Shown: positions 9,746 to 18,481 of the stretch, piece by piece
How the letters are laid out: each line of letters starts with the position of its first letter
Numbering within the stretch: the first letter of the stretch is position 1
DNA from: Candidatus Limnocylindrus sp.
Lineage (GTDB): Bacteria > Chloroflexota > Limnocylindria > Limnocylindrales > Limnocylindraceae
Assembly: GCA_040397235.1 (NCBI GenBank)
Contig: JBBAWH010000003.1
Location: forward strand, 4,038-68,037
Direction of reading: 5' to 3'
DNA length: 64,000 nucleotides
Translations under genes and position numbers: made by a program
The notes under the pieces: model-generated
What the model was told of the DNA's origin: nothing
The model's database searches: none
What the model saw: only the letters and a program-made list of their open reading frames with translations

Positions 9746-9759
9746 TGGCGCGTTTTCGC

Positions 9760-12576
9760 CTACTGCAGGGTCCAGCCCTTGCCCACTGAGGTCCGGACGA
9801 CCTTCTCTTTCTGCACCAGCCGGCCGGCTGAGTAGCCGAGGCGCTGCAGGGTGACGGTGCCCGTAGAGGAGACGCTGGTGAAGAAGAGGTCGAGGATGCC
9901 GTCGCCCGTCCAGTCGCGAACCATCAGCTTCGGCACGCTCCCAGAGGCGGTGGCCTTCCAGACCTCGAGCGGGCTCTCCCAGGCGTAGGTGCGAGCTCCT
10001 ACAGCGAAGATGGTGGCCGGAACGTTGCTGCGCACCACGGCGGCCCATGGGGCGCGGATCCGCACCTCGGTACCTGCGGTGGCGGTGGTGAGGTCAATGG
10101 TTGGATTCAGGGCGGCGAGGCCGGCGGCATCCACCGTCACACCGATGGCGGCGGCACGGGTTGCAACGACATCCCACGTATCAGCAGCGCGCAACCAGAC
10201 AACCTCACCCGCGAGGATGCGCACTGGTGCATTGCGATACATCACGCTCTTCGCGGTGTACACACAGGTTGTGTCGACAGGCACGTTCACGGTCTTTCCG
10301 ACAATGAGCACCTTAGCCGGATAGGCAATCGTGGAGCTCTTCGGGTTCATGGAGCGGAGACAGCCCTCATTGCGCCCAACGCGCGTTGCGATCTTCAAGT
10401 ACGTATCGCCCTTACGAATTGTCTCAAGCCGTACCGGCCCTGCATTCAGCGCAAAGAACTTCGTGTAAGCGGGGGTGTTGACCTTGTACCCAAGGCGCGC
10501 TGCAACCTTAGCGAGCGCGCTCTCACCTTTTCGGACAACCGTAGATTGCGCAGGTGCCGTCTCAGGGGTGAAGAGAAGATCAGGGCTGACGACAGGAGGG
10601 GCAGCAACATCGAGAACCTCGAGCATGGCCAGGCGCACGATGTGCCCGATCCCCTTGAGATCGCGATAGCTCAAATACAGCTCGGAACCTGTATCGCCCA
10701 ACGCATCAACTGCGGTAACGCTCCAGCCGCTGGCGATCGGCCAGAGCAGTGCCCCCGGCGTACTCAGGGCGCCGAGCGACCACTGTGTGCTCGGCGTGAA
10801 ACTCACTGAGCCTGCCGCCTGTGATGCCATGAGCGCTCCATCAGTTGCACGCCAGAGTAGGGTGGCGTCTGGTACGCCATCGCCAGTGACGTCGCGAAGC
10901 ACCGTTACCGCGTCGGCGCTGGTTGTGGTTTCAAGCAGCTGCATCACCACACCGTCGGCATTGACCTCAAAGAGGCGCAGGCGAGCCGAGGTGGCGTCGG
11001 TCGCGTCGGGAGTGCGCTCGGTAATGAAGAACTCTTGAATGATGTCGGCCGAGGTGTCGGCAGCATCGAGGGTGAGGTTTGCCGTCGCATCAAAGCCTGT
11101 GTAGGCGTCAAGGATGGTGACCGAGGTGCCAAGGACGCCGCTGGAGATTGGGGTCTTGATGAGGCTCGTGGCGCCGTTGGCTGCGCGCCAGAGGCTGAGC
11201 ACCGAGAGGCCCCCATCACGCTCAGTTCGGGCAATTTCGCGGTCGATGAGGGTGGTGCCAGCCAACGCCGGAACGGCCCCCGGCACCCGATTACGGAGGC
11301 GCCCGTTCTTCCCCACGTACTTGTCTGCGGAGATGAACTTAATCGAACCATCAGCGCCGATGGCGGTGAAGTCACCCTTTCCATCGCCAGTGACATCGAT
11401 GCCTGGCGAGATGACGCGGTTCGGCTCCACCCAGTTGATGCTGTACTTATAGGCACGCGAACCGGGAACGCTGTACGAGGTTTCACCCGTGGCCGTCGCA
11501 TCAACGGTGTACCAGACGTATCGGATCAACTCTTCGACCGAGAGGTCGTGCTCCTTCGCGCAGGTATCCGCGTTCATGACGAAGATGGAGACGCCGCGCC
11601 AATGCCCCGGCTGAGTGGCATGTCGAAGCGGGATGCCTCCTTGCCCAGGCTTCGGCGGCGCAAGACAGCCAGTCACGGAGCCGCCCCCACCATTCCAGCT
11701 GCCGTAGAAGCCTGGATTCGCGAAGAACCACTTGCCGTCGTCCTTCAGGCGCTGAACGGTGATCCCCCAGGTAGCGTCAACCGCGGCGTTATAGCGCGCG
11801 TTGCTACGACTACCCGAAGTCCAACCTGGGTCGTAGATGCCGCCGGTGCGATAGATCTGATTGATGGACGGCTCGTCGGTTACGTCAAAGCACGATCGCG
11901 GGGTGTCGGCGGGGAGGCTGGTGACGGGAGTGACTCCGCCACTCTCGTTATAGACGGCGATCGGTGCGGTGTAGTGCCCAGTCGCGTCGTTGCGCACGAG
12001 GCCACCGATGCCATCGTCTAAGAGGTCGGCGCCAAAACGAATGCGCATGGCGACGCGAATTTTGAAGTTCTCTGCAGCTTTTTCTGAGTTTGTCTTTCCG
12101 GAACGGCCAAAGGTTCCATTGATCTTGCCGTCATCGGCAATGTCTCCGAGTACCCAGGCCTGCTGGGTGGCATTGGTCGTTGAGAGTGCCCACCAGTTTC
12201 GCTCGCCGCTTGGGCGCTTCATGGTCCACGACCATGCGTTCTGCTTAATGGCAATCGCGCCAACACCGAGCAGGGCATCGCTGTAAGGGCTCGCCTTGTA
12301 CTCGGTGTAGAACTCGGCCACGTGGGTGCGGTAGACGTAGAGCTTGAAGGGGATCTCTTCGACCACGCCGGAGTTCGTGCGCAGCACTCGGATGGTGTCA
12401 GGGGGTGAGATCTGGCTCTTCCAGTCGGTGCATGGCTTCTGCACGAAGGTGGCGGCAGCCGCAGGGGTCGGATTAGCGCCCGCCACTCCCATCACGCCTG
12501 AGAAGCAGAGGAGGGCGGCCCCTGCGAGCGCGATGGCGCGGCGGAGCGTCATACGAGATGCCGCTCTGCGTTCCAT
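9760..12576 (-). CDS. Large secreted multi-domain protein: signal peptide, N-terminal domain, FG-GAP/VCBS-like repeats, two LysM-like modules, C-terminal FG-GAP repeat
   Basis: 938 aa with an N-terminal signal (LAGAALLCFSGVMGVAGA). Contains DVTGDGKGDF, DVTGDGVPDA and DWTGDGILDLFF (FG-GAP-like repeats) and two LysM-like segments (VVRKGESALAKVAARLGY, TIRKGDTYLKIATRVG). A weak SpoIID-like resemblance in the N-terminal domain is uncertain. Confidence 0.55.
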   Translation of the reverse strand: MERRAASRMTLRRAIALAGAALLCFSGVMGVAGANPTPAAAATFVQKPCTDWKSQISPPDTIRVLRTNSGVVEEIPFKLYVYRTHVAEFYTEYKASPYSDALLGVGAIAIKQNAWSWTMKRPSGERNWWALSTTNATQQAWVLGDIADDGKINGTFGRSGKTNSEKAAENFKIRVAMRIRFGADLLDDGIGGLVRNDATGHYTAPIAVYNESGGVTPVTSLPADTPRSCFDVTDEPSINQIYRTGGIYDPGWTSGSRSNARYNAAVDATWGITVQRLKDDGKWFFANPGFYGSWNGGGGSVTGCLAPPKPGQGGIPLRHATQPGHWRGVSIFVMNADTCAKEHDLSVEELIRYVWYTVDATATGETSYSVPGSRAYKYSINWVEPNRVISPGIDVTGDGKGDFTAIGADGSIKFISADKYVGKNGRLRNRVPGAVPALAGTTLIDREIARTERDGGLSVLSLWRAANGATSLIKTPISSGVLGTSVTILDAYTGFDATANLTLDAADTSADIIQEFFITERTPDATDATSARLRLFEVNADGVVMQLLETTTSADAVTVLRDVTGDGVPDATLLWRATDGALMASQAAGSVSFTPSTQWSLGALSTPGALLWPIASGWSVTAVDALGDTGSELYLSYRDLKGIGHIVRLAMLEVLDVAAPPVVSPDLLFTPETAPAQSTVVRKGESALAKVAARLGYKVNTPAYTKFFALNAGPVRLETIRKGDTYLKIATRVGRNEGCLRSMNPKSSTIAYPAKVLIVGKTVNVPVDTTCVYTAKSVMYRNAPVRILAGEVVWLRAADTWDVVATRAAAIGVTVDAAGLAALNPTIDLTTATAGTEVRIRAPWAAVVRSNVPATIFAVGARTYAWESPLEVWKATASGSVPKLMVRDWTGDGILDLFFTSVSSTGTVTLQRLGYSAGRLVQKEKVVRTSVGKGWTLQ

Positions 12577-12599
12577 ACAGAGATTCTACCGCCTAGGCG

Positions 12600-12635
12600 A
12601 GATCTGATCCTGTGAACCTTTAAAGGACCAGATCT
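12600..12635. promoter_or_regulatory. Long imperfect palindrome AGATCTGATCC-n14-GGACCAGATCT (AT-rich) spanning the PucR stop and the -35/-10 zone of the 938-aa gene; candidate terminator/operator
   Basis: 11-bp arms with one mismatch, preceded by a perfect 10-bp palindrome cgcctaggcg (12589..12598). Located 24-59 nt upstream of the start at 12576. Confidence 0.3.
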
Positions 12636-14214
12636 ACTCGCTGAGACTCCCGTCAAAGCCACCCTCGGCATCCAAGATGCGCAGCGCGAGCGAGAGGGCG
12701 AGGCGCAGATCGGGCTCGCGAAGGTCCCACCCCGTTACCTCTTCAATACGCTTGAGGCGATATGCGGTTGTGTTGCGATGTACACCCAGCGAGCTGCTCG
12801 CTTCAGATGAGCCTGGAGCGTCGAGGATGGCGCGCACCGTTTCAATGCGCTGTCGTCGGGCCGCTGCAGTGCCGACGAGGAGTGGCCCAAGCAGTGCAAG
12901 TGCGAGTCGTCGACCTTCGGGGATCGTCATGACCGAGCCGAGTAACTGATGCGCAGGAAGGAGCTCGGCGCGCACCACCTGCTCGCCACCACTCCCTGCG
13001 CGGCCGCCGATGCGGCGCTCAAGTGACTCCAGAGCGGCGCGCGCCTCGGCTTCGGCCCCAGGTCGTGCCGATGCTTCGCTAAATGGCCGCGAAACCGCGA
13101 CCGGTCGCTTCAGTCGCTTGGCAACCTTGCCTGCAGCGTCGGCCGCGCCGGGGTCACTCGCGTCGGCAACGGCGACGATGCGCACCTCGAGGCTCTCGTT
13201 GCTCCCGCGCAACATGAAGCGACGCGGGCTCGCGAGAAGGCGCAGCTCGCGGCGCAGCGCTGGAACGTCGGTCTCGTGTGGTCGCGGCTGACGAGCCGCG
13301 ATGGCGACCCATGGCGGCCCCTCGGCTGGAAGGGTGCGCGCCTCACCGCGACCGGCGTTGGCGGGAAGTTCGGCGGCAACGCGCACGATCTCGAGCGCAA
13401 GGAGTGGCGCAACGTGCTCGCAGGCGATGCGGTCACGCTCGCCGACCGGCTCATCACCGAGCAGGATGATCGAGCCTGGCCGCTCCGAACCCTCATCGCC
13501 GAGCGGCGACTCCTCAAGTTCTCGCTCCCCCTCTGGCGCACCTGGCACGGCGGGGAGCGGAATACGCTGCCCGGTTGGTCGACTCTTCGAGAGGTAGTGC
13601 GAGACCGCCTTCGCTGCAGCGGCGCTCGACGGCAAGCCCGCTGGTGCAACAACGGCGAGCGAGACACCGCCGCGCGCCTCAAGTGCCACCGCGCGACCGA
13701 TGAATGCGGCCAGTGCGCCGATGAGCGCTTCGAGCCCTTGGCCGTCGAGTGCGAGTGCTGCGATTTGCCGTTCGAGCCCGACCGCCTGTCGCTCCAGTTC
13801 GGCACGACGATTGACGACCGCACCGATCAGGCTGCGTTCGAGCTGCGACGACTCCATGCCGTGTACTGCGAGACAGGGGAGTCCGTTCTGCTCGGCGGCC
13901 TGGGCGAGCTCAGCCCGCGCCTTCGCCTCGGCGGCGCACGGCTGCTCATCACCAAGGAGCAGGATGCCAGTGCTGCCATGCTCCGCCAGATACTCCACAA
14001 GGTCGGCGCGCGCCTGCGTATCGGGGGCGGCCGCCGTGAGCAGTGCGAGTGGAATCAGCGCTAGATCGCCCGACTCCATGCCGTCAAAGGCTGGCAGTCG
14101 CATGCGCATCACGCGCACCCAGGTGACGTTGCGTGCCATCGATTCGTCGCGCACCTTCGCCAGCGACACGGCGTTGGGGAGCAGCGTCTGCACGAGCTCC
14201 CGCAGTGATGCCAT
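12634..14214 (-). CDS. PucR/CdaR-family transcriptional regulator
   Basis: The C-terminal PucR-type HTH (HRNTTAYRLKRIEEVTGWDLREPDLRLALSLAL) follows a long N-terminal sensory region. The start overlaps the resB-like stop by 1 nt. Confidence 0.7.
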   Translation of the reverse strand: MASLRELVQTLLPNAVSLAKVRDESMARNVTWVRVMRMRLPAFDGMESGDLALIPLALLTAAAPDTQARADLVEYLAEHGSTGILLLGDEQPCAAEAKARAELAQAAEQNGLPCLAVHGMESSQLERSLIGAVVNRRAELERQAVGLERQIAALALDGQGLEALIGALAAFIGRAVALEARGGVSLAVVAPAGLPSSAAAAKAVSHYLSKSRPTGQRIPLPAVPGAPEGERELEESPLGDEGSERPGSIILLGDEPVGERDRIACEHVAPLLALEIVRVAAELPANAGRGEARTLPAEGPPWVAIAARQPRPHETDVPALRRELRLLASPRRFMLRGSNESLEVRIVAVADASDPGAADAAGKVAKRLKRPVAVSRPFSEASARPGAEAEARAALESLERRIGGRAGSGGEQVVRAELLPAHQLLGSVMTIPEGRRLALALLGPLLVGTAAARRQRIETVRAILDAPGSSEASSSLGVHRNTTAYRLKRIEEVTGWDLREPDLRLALSLALRILDAEGGFDGSLSE

Positions 14215-15686
14215 TACGTCCCCTCTCCCGACAGCCGATGTGTGATGCGCCGAATGATGGCGCCATATTGGGCTGGGTCGGCGCCCCGTTCCGTAAGGAG
14301 CACGATCGGCACTGCAGTGAGGCCTGGGCGGATCTGCAACCAGAGGCGTGCGCGCGGGCGGCGGAGCGTCAGCATCAGGCCGCCCATGATCAGCGCTGCG
14401 GAGATCCAGATGAGGAGTGCGGCCGGATCGCGTCGCGCGATGATTCCCGTATACGAGGTGACCTCACGCAGATAGACGCTAAAGCCGGCACCAGGTGCCG
14501 TTGCAACGTCGCCCTCCGCGAGTACCGAAGCGAAGATTGTCTGCAGTGGGAGGGTGCCGTCTTCGGATGGTGCACCGCTCAGGTCAGGGGCACTCGCCAC
14601 CATGAAGATCGCATCAACGCCGCTCGTGTCACGGCGCAACTGCATCTCAATGCCGGCGCTGCTCCCTGGAATCGGCAGCGTCGCATACGGCGCACCATCG
14701 ACCTGCGCTGCAAACGGCGCATCGCCAGACCAGAGCAGAGCACCCGTGTCGTCGCGAATCTCCAGTCGCGCGGCGGGTCCAAAGAAGTTCTGGTGAAAGC
14801 TCCAGCCGTTAAAGGCGAGCGGCTCATTCACGCGCACCATCTGGCGCGCCACCTCTTCTCCGCCCACATAGACGCCGAGGTCGGTCGAGAAATCGGTGAA
14901 TGCGCCCGTGCTGGTGCGCGGCGCACTAAAGGCGTGGTTCACGATCACGAGGCCATCCGCGGTGCCGATCTTCCCCACGGGGAGTGCCTCGCCATCGGTG
15001 AGCAGGATGCCTTGCGTGTACCCGAAGATCCCCGAAGCCGCCGCGCCGAGCAGCATCACTACTAGTCCGGTGTGCATGACCAGGGTGAAACGGCCTGAGC
15101 GACGGAAGCGGTCGGCATGGAGAAGGAGCCCGCCGCTGCGCTCGGGATCGGCGGCAACGCTCACCTCCCAGCCGTCACGCTTCGCCTCCGCGGCTACGGC
15201 GTTGGCACGGTCACCGAGTTCGGCGCTCGCTGGCAGCGCGGCGGAGAGATCGATCACGCCGCGCCCTGGCAGCGATGCGCCGAAGAATGTGTCGGGCTGC
15301 TCAGTGCGTGATGGCGCGGTGGCCGCCGCGATCTTTGGGAGGCGATCCCAGGTGCAAACGATAATCGAGACGGTCAAGAGCACCAGCAGGGCCGTGAACC
15401 ACGGCGAGGTGAAGACCCGAAAGAGGCCGAGGCGCTCAAAGATTCCTACCAGGGGCCCGAGGGTCGGCTCGTACCCAGCGCGCAGCTTTGCCATCTCGTT
15501 GGCGTAATCGCCAGCGTTCTGGAGCGCGTAATCGGGGAGTTGGCGGAGGGCGATGCCGACCGTGGAGGCGAGGGCGATCACGCCGATCTGGAGCACGGCA
15601 AATCGTACGTTTGCGAGGAGGGCGCGAGCGAGGAGCAGTGGGCCGCTTATCACCTGCTGATGGTAGCCTTCGCACCGCTGGGCCAT
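14214..15686 (-). CDS. ResB/Ccs1-like cytochrome c biogenesis (system II) membrane protein; no adjacent ccsA/resC
   Basis: Has the ResB signature VFTSPWFTALLVLLTVSIIVCTWDR after the first TM, a large extracytoplasmic domain and C-terminal TMs. The start is probably MAQRCEG (15686), since a start at 15740 would overlap the divergent lrp start. Confidence 0.65.
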   Translation of the reverse strand: MAQRCEGYHQQVISGPLLLARALLANVRFAVLQIGVIALASTVGIALRQLPDYALQNAGDYANEMAKLRAGYEPTLGPLVGIFERLGLFRVFTSPWFTALLVLLTVSIIVCTWDRLPKIAAATAPSRTEQPDTFFGASLPGRGVIDLSAALPASAELGDRANAVAAEAKRDGWEVSVAADPERSGGLLLHADRFRRSGRFTLVMHTGLVVMLLGAAASGIFGYTQGILLTDGEALPVGKIGTADGLVIVNHAFSAPRTSTGAFTDFSTDLGVYVGGEEVARQMVRVNEPLAFNGWSFHQNFFGPAARLEIRDDTGALLWSGDAPFAAQVDGAPYATLPIPGSSAGIEMQLRRDTSGVDAIFMVASAPDLSGAPSEDGTLPLQTIFASVLAEGDVATAPGAGFSVYLREVTSYTGIIARRDPAALLIWISAALIMGGLMLTLRRPRARLWLQIRPGLTAVPIVLLTERGADPAQYGAIIRRITHRLSGEGT

Positions 15687-15733
15687 CTGCCCCGCAGGCG
15701 CCGTGGCGGCGTCAACGCACTGCAGGGGGTGAG

Positions 15734-16210
15734 ATGGCACGAGGGAACAACCACGGAGCGCTCGACGACCTCGATCGTCGCCTAATGGAGGTGCTGCAGG
15801 CCGACGGGCGCAAGCCCTTCACAGAGATCGCCGCCGCATTCGGTGTCCCTGAATCCACCATCCGCGCCCGCTACAAGGGGCTCGTCGATCGCGGAGCACT
15901 CAAGGTGATTGCCGTGGCCGACCCGCTCAAGGTTGGCTACCCACTGATGGCCATGATTGGCGTGCGCTGCACTCCAGCCGCGCTGCTTACCACCGCCAAC
16001 GAGCTTGAGGCACTCCCCGAGGTGAGCTACTGCGTGGTGGTGGCTGGTGCGTATGACCTACTGATTGAAGTGGTCTGTGAAGACAATGATGCGCTGCTGA
16101 CATTCCTCACCGATCGACTGCGCTCCATCGCCGGTGTGCTCGAAACGGAGACGTTTGTGTACCTACGAATCTTGAAGCAGAACTACGAATGGGGAACGAC
16201 CCCGACCTGA
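15734..16210 (+). CDS. Lrp/AsnC-family transcriptional regulator
   Basis: An N-terminal HTH (LDDLDRRLMEVLQADGRKPFTEIAAAFGVPESTIRARY) is followed by a RAM domain. The start was trimmed to MARGNNHG at 15734. Confidence 0.85.
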   Translation: MARGNNHGALDDLDRRLMEVLQADGRKPFTEIAAAFGVPESTIRARYKGLVDRGALKVIAVADPLKVGYPLMAMIGVRCTPAALLTTANELEALPEVSYCVVVAGAYDLLIEVVCEDNDALLTFLTDRLRSIAGVLETETFVYLRILKQNYEWGTTPT

Positions 16211-16261
16211 CCGCCTGAGCGGCTCGGCCGGGGTCGCCCGGTACTTCGTATTGCGCGCGAG

Positions 16262-17161
16262 TTACGCTGCGCGGCGCTTTGATCGACCGACGAGTGCAGC
16301 AGCGCCAATCCAGGCGAGCAGTGCCGCCAAGATGATTGCTGGCAGTGTGGTTGTCCAACTATTGTCTTGCTCACCAGCTCCCGCCATATTGATGGCGAAG
16401 AGTGGCATTGCCCCAACGACGGTGCCGTCCGGCAACAGGCATGGCGCGATGGTTGGATCCGTCACGTCAACTCCCTCGGCGCACGGCTCAAGTGAGGCGC
16501 GGAACTCTTCCATCCAGATGTTGTACATCGTGGCCCAATCGTTTTCGCTCCCCATTTCCGAAGCCTTCACATCCGGGAAGAGGGAGCCATCTGGGAGCAG
16601 GCACGGCAGCGCCGTTTCGCTCGAGATTGGCGCATTCGGTTCGGTGATTCCCTCTGGGCAGGCGCTCGGCTCACCGGTCAGCGTGCGCCAGTACGGCTCA
16701 GGGACAACGCCGCCACTGCGTCCAGCTAACTCGATCAGTGCTGCCGGTGCATCGGCGGGAAGTGCATCGCCCTGATGGCTATCGAAAGTTACTGCGCCAG
16801 TGAGTGGATCAACTTGGTAGACGAAGCTGTGTCCGTTGATGCAGCCCGACTCGCAGTCGTTCCAACCGTACGTGTAGACAGCGATCCAGATGGCGTCGCT
16901 CCCTGGCTCGCCCTTCACGTCGTAGTACTTGGTGGCGCCGATCAACGCGCCGTCGTTGTAGGTGAATTCGTCGAATGGCCCACCGGCGGCGAGCACCGCA
17001 GCATGCGCATCCTCGGGGGTGGCGATTGGCAGCGCGCCGCTATAGCTACTGACCGCAAATGGCATCGCTTCGGGGGCTGGGGACTCGTCCGACGCAGCTG
17101 CGGGGGCGACGGCCGCCAACAGGAGGGCGAGCGGGAGGAAGAGCTTCAGGAGTGTTCGCAC
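16262..17161 (-). CDS. Secreted Cys-containing protein with signal peptide and a C-terminal hydrophobic-helix + basic-tail sorting-signal-like segment
   Basis: Signal MRTLLKLFLPLALLLAAVAPAAA. The Cys motif APCLLPDG/LPCLLPDGS is repeated. The C-terminus is TTLPAIILAALLAWIGAAALVGRSKRRAA. Confidence 0.5.
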   Translation of the reverse strand: MRTLLKLFLPLALLLAAVAPAAASDESPAPEAMPFAVSSYSGALPIATPEDAHAAVLAAGGPFDEFTYNDGALIGATKYYDVKGEPGSDAIWIAVYTYGWNDCESGCINGHSFVYQVDPLTGAVTFDSHQGDALPADAPAALIELAGRSGGVVPEPYWRTLTGEPSACPEGITEPNAPISSETALPCLLPDGSLFPDVKASEMGSENDWATMYNIWMEEFRASLEPCAEGVDVTDPTIAPCLLPDGTVVGAMPLFAINMAGAGEQDNSWTTTLPAIILAALLAWIGAAALVGRSKRRAA

Positions 17162-17243
17162 GATTCACCTCTACTTCACTTTGTGTGGGGAGAGTCCCCA
17201 TCAGTATCGTAACGAGCGAGCGGGGCTGGCGGTTCCCGAGGAG

Positions 17244-17894
17244 TCAGGCCACCGGGTCGTACGGCTGTGGGAGCCACTCGCTCCCGGCGAGTGCGTGGAG
17301 CTCCCCGAGCGAGATATCGAACCAGGCGCCGTGCAGGGTGAGACTGCCCGCACGCTCGCGCTCAGCAATCCAGGGGAAGGTGCGGAGATGCTCGAGCGAC
17401 TGCTGCACGCTGAGATGCTCGATGAGCCGCTGGCGCTCTTGCGGGCCGCCTGTAGTCGAGGCTGGGGTTCGCTCGTCGAGCGTTTTGAGGTCGGCGACCC
17501 ATGCGCCGATGAAGTCTGAATCGGTCAGTCGCGAAGCGGGATCGAGCGCCGCCGCTACCCCACCGCAACGCCCATGCCCCATCACCACGATGGAGTCGAC
17601 TTCGAGGCCGAGCACGGCGAACTCGAGGGCGGCACTGGCGCCGTGGCTCTTGGCATCCGGGGCGTACACCGGGACGAGCGCGGCGACGTTGCGCACTACA
17701 AAGAGCTCACCTGGGCCAGCATCGAAGATCGTCTCTGGGGCAGAGCGAGAGTCGGAACAGGCGACGATCATTGTGCGCGGCTTCTGGCCCTCGCGCCCAA
17801 GGTCATCATAGCGCACGCGCTCATCGTTGTAGCGACCGGCGCGGAAGCGACGGTATCCGGCGCTGAGGCGCTCAGAGAGGGGTTGGCTCGTCAT
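17244..17894 (-). CDS. Beta-class carbonic anhydrase
   Basis: CSDSR...HGRCGG zinc-ligand pattern in a 216-aa protein. Confidence 0.85.
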   Translation of the reverse strand: MTSQPLSERLSAGYRRFRAGRYNDERVRYDDLGREGQKPRTMIVACSDSRSAPETIFDAGPGELFVVRNVAALVPVYAPDAKSHGASAALEFAVLGLEVDSIVVMGHGRCGGVAAALDPASRLTDSDFIGAWVADLKTLDERTPASTTGGPQERQRLIEHLSVQQSLEHLRTFPWIAERERAGSLTLHGAWFDISLGELHALAGSEWLPQPYDPVA

Positions 17895-18070
17895 GGCGTC
17901 AGTCTAAACGAGGCGATAGAAAATGTATCCCACCAACCTCGCCACCGACTATTTTTTACGAACGAGCCGTCCACACCTTCTGTTGCCCGAACATGCTGTG
18001 TGCAACGAGTCTTGGGTAACAACACTCACCGAACTTTGATGCTTGGTCTCAACCAGTCGTGCCTGGGTCG

Positions 18071-18481
18071 CTAAGGGCAAAACGCTGGTGCGCTAGCCCA
18101 CATCCATTCCATCTCTGCTATTGAAAGCGGGTCGTCCGCCCATCCACCAGCCATGGACGACTCAGGCGTCCAACAACCGACTGAAGCGTAACCAGACCGC
18201 GGAGTGAATCCAAAAAGAACGTCATAGACCGCGACGCGAACCAAATAGGACTCACCCTTTACTTCCCAAGAAGTAAACGCGACACGGTATGGCGGTAATT
18301 CAAGCTCAACGTTCTCGTTAAATCGATCACGCACCTGTGCTGCGAATAGCTCAGCCCCTGGCGGTGGCTCTACATCTGGCGGTGCGAGGGTAGCCGCGAC
18401 GGCCGGTGCAAGCAGAACTGCCAGGGTAATCGCTCCCCCGAAGACAAGTGACACAGGTCGGCTGCTACTTGTTGTTGGCAA
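18071..18481 (-). CDS. Hypothetical exported protein (low-GC islet gene 3)
   Basis: 136 aa with N-terminal TM/signal (VSLVFGGAITLAVLLAPAVAA). Overlaps the upstream gene by 17 nt. Local GC is well below the window average. Confidence 0.45.
   Translation of the reverse strand: MPTTSSSRPVSLVFGGAITLAVLLAPAVAATLAPPDVEPPPGAELFAAQVRDRFNENVELELPPYRVAFTSWEVKGESYLVRVAVYDVLFGFTPRSGYASVGCWTPESSMAGGWADDPLSIAEMEWMWASAPAFCP

Noticed and set aside
11035-12021. Long antisense or overlapping ORFs of 150-560 aa listed in the track inside confident genes. Examples: 11035..12021, 13276..14064, 14133..15065, 43461..44666, 52287..53966, 41472..42470, 20243..20926.
   Set aside because: They lie antisense to, or out of frame with, genes that have strong full-length family signatures. 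Long spurious ORFs are expected in about 68% GC DNA because stop codons are rare. Their translations are Arg/Ala/Pro-rich low-complexity sequences with no motifs.
17895-18070. 176-nt AT-rich spacer as an sRNA or riboswitch.
   Set aside because: No recognisable conserved RNA motif or strong hairpin/terminator pair by eye. It is more simply explained as the promoter region of the carbonic anhydrase gene and the 3' end of the low-GC islet.
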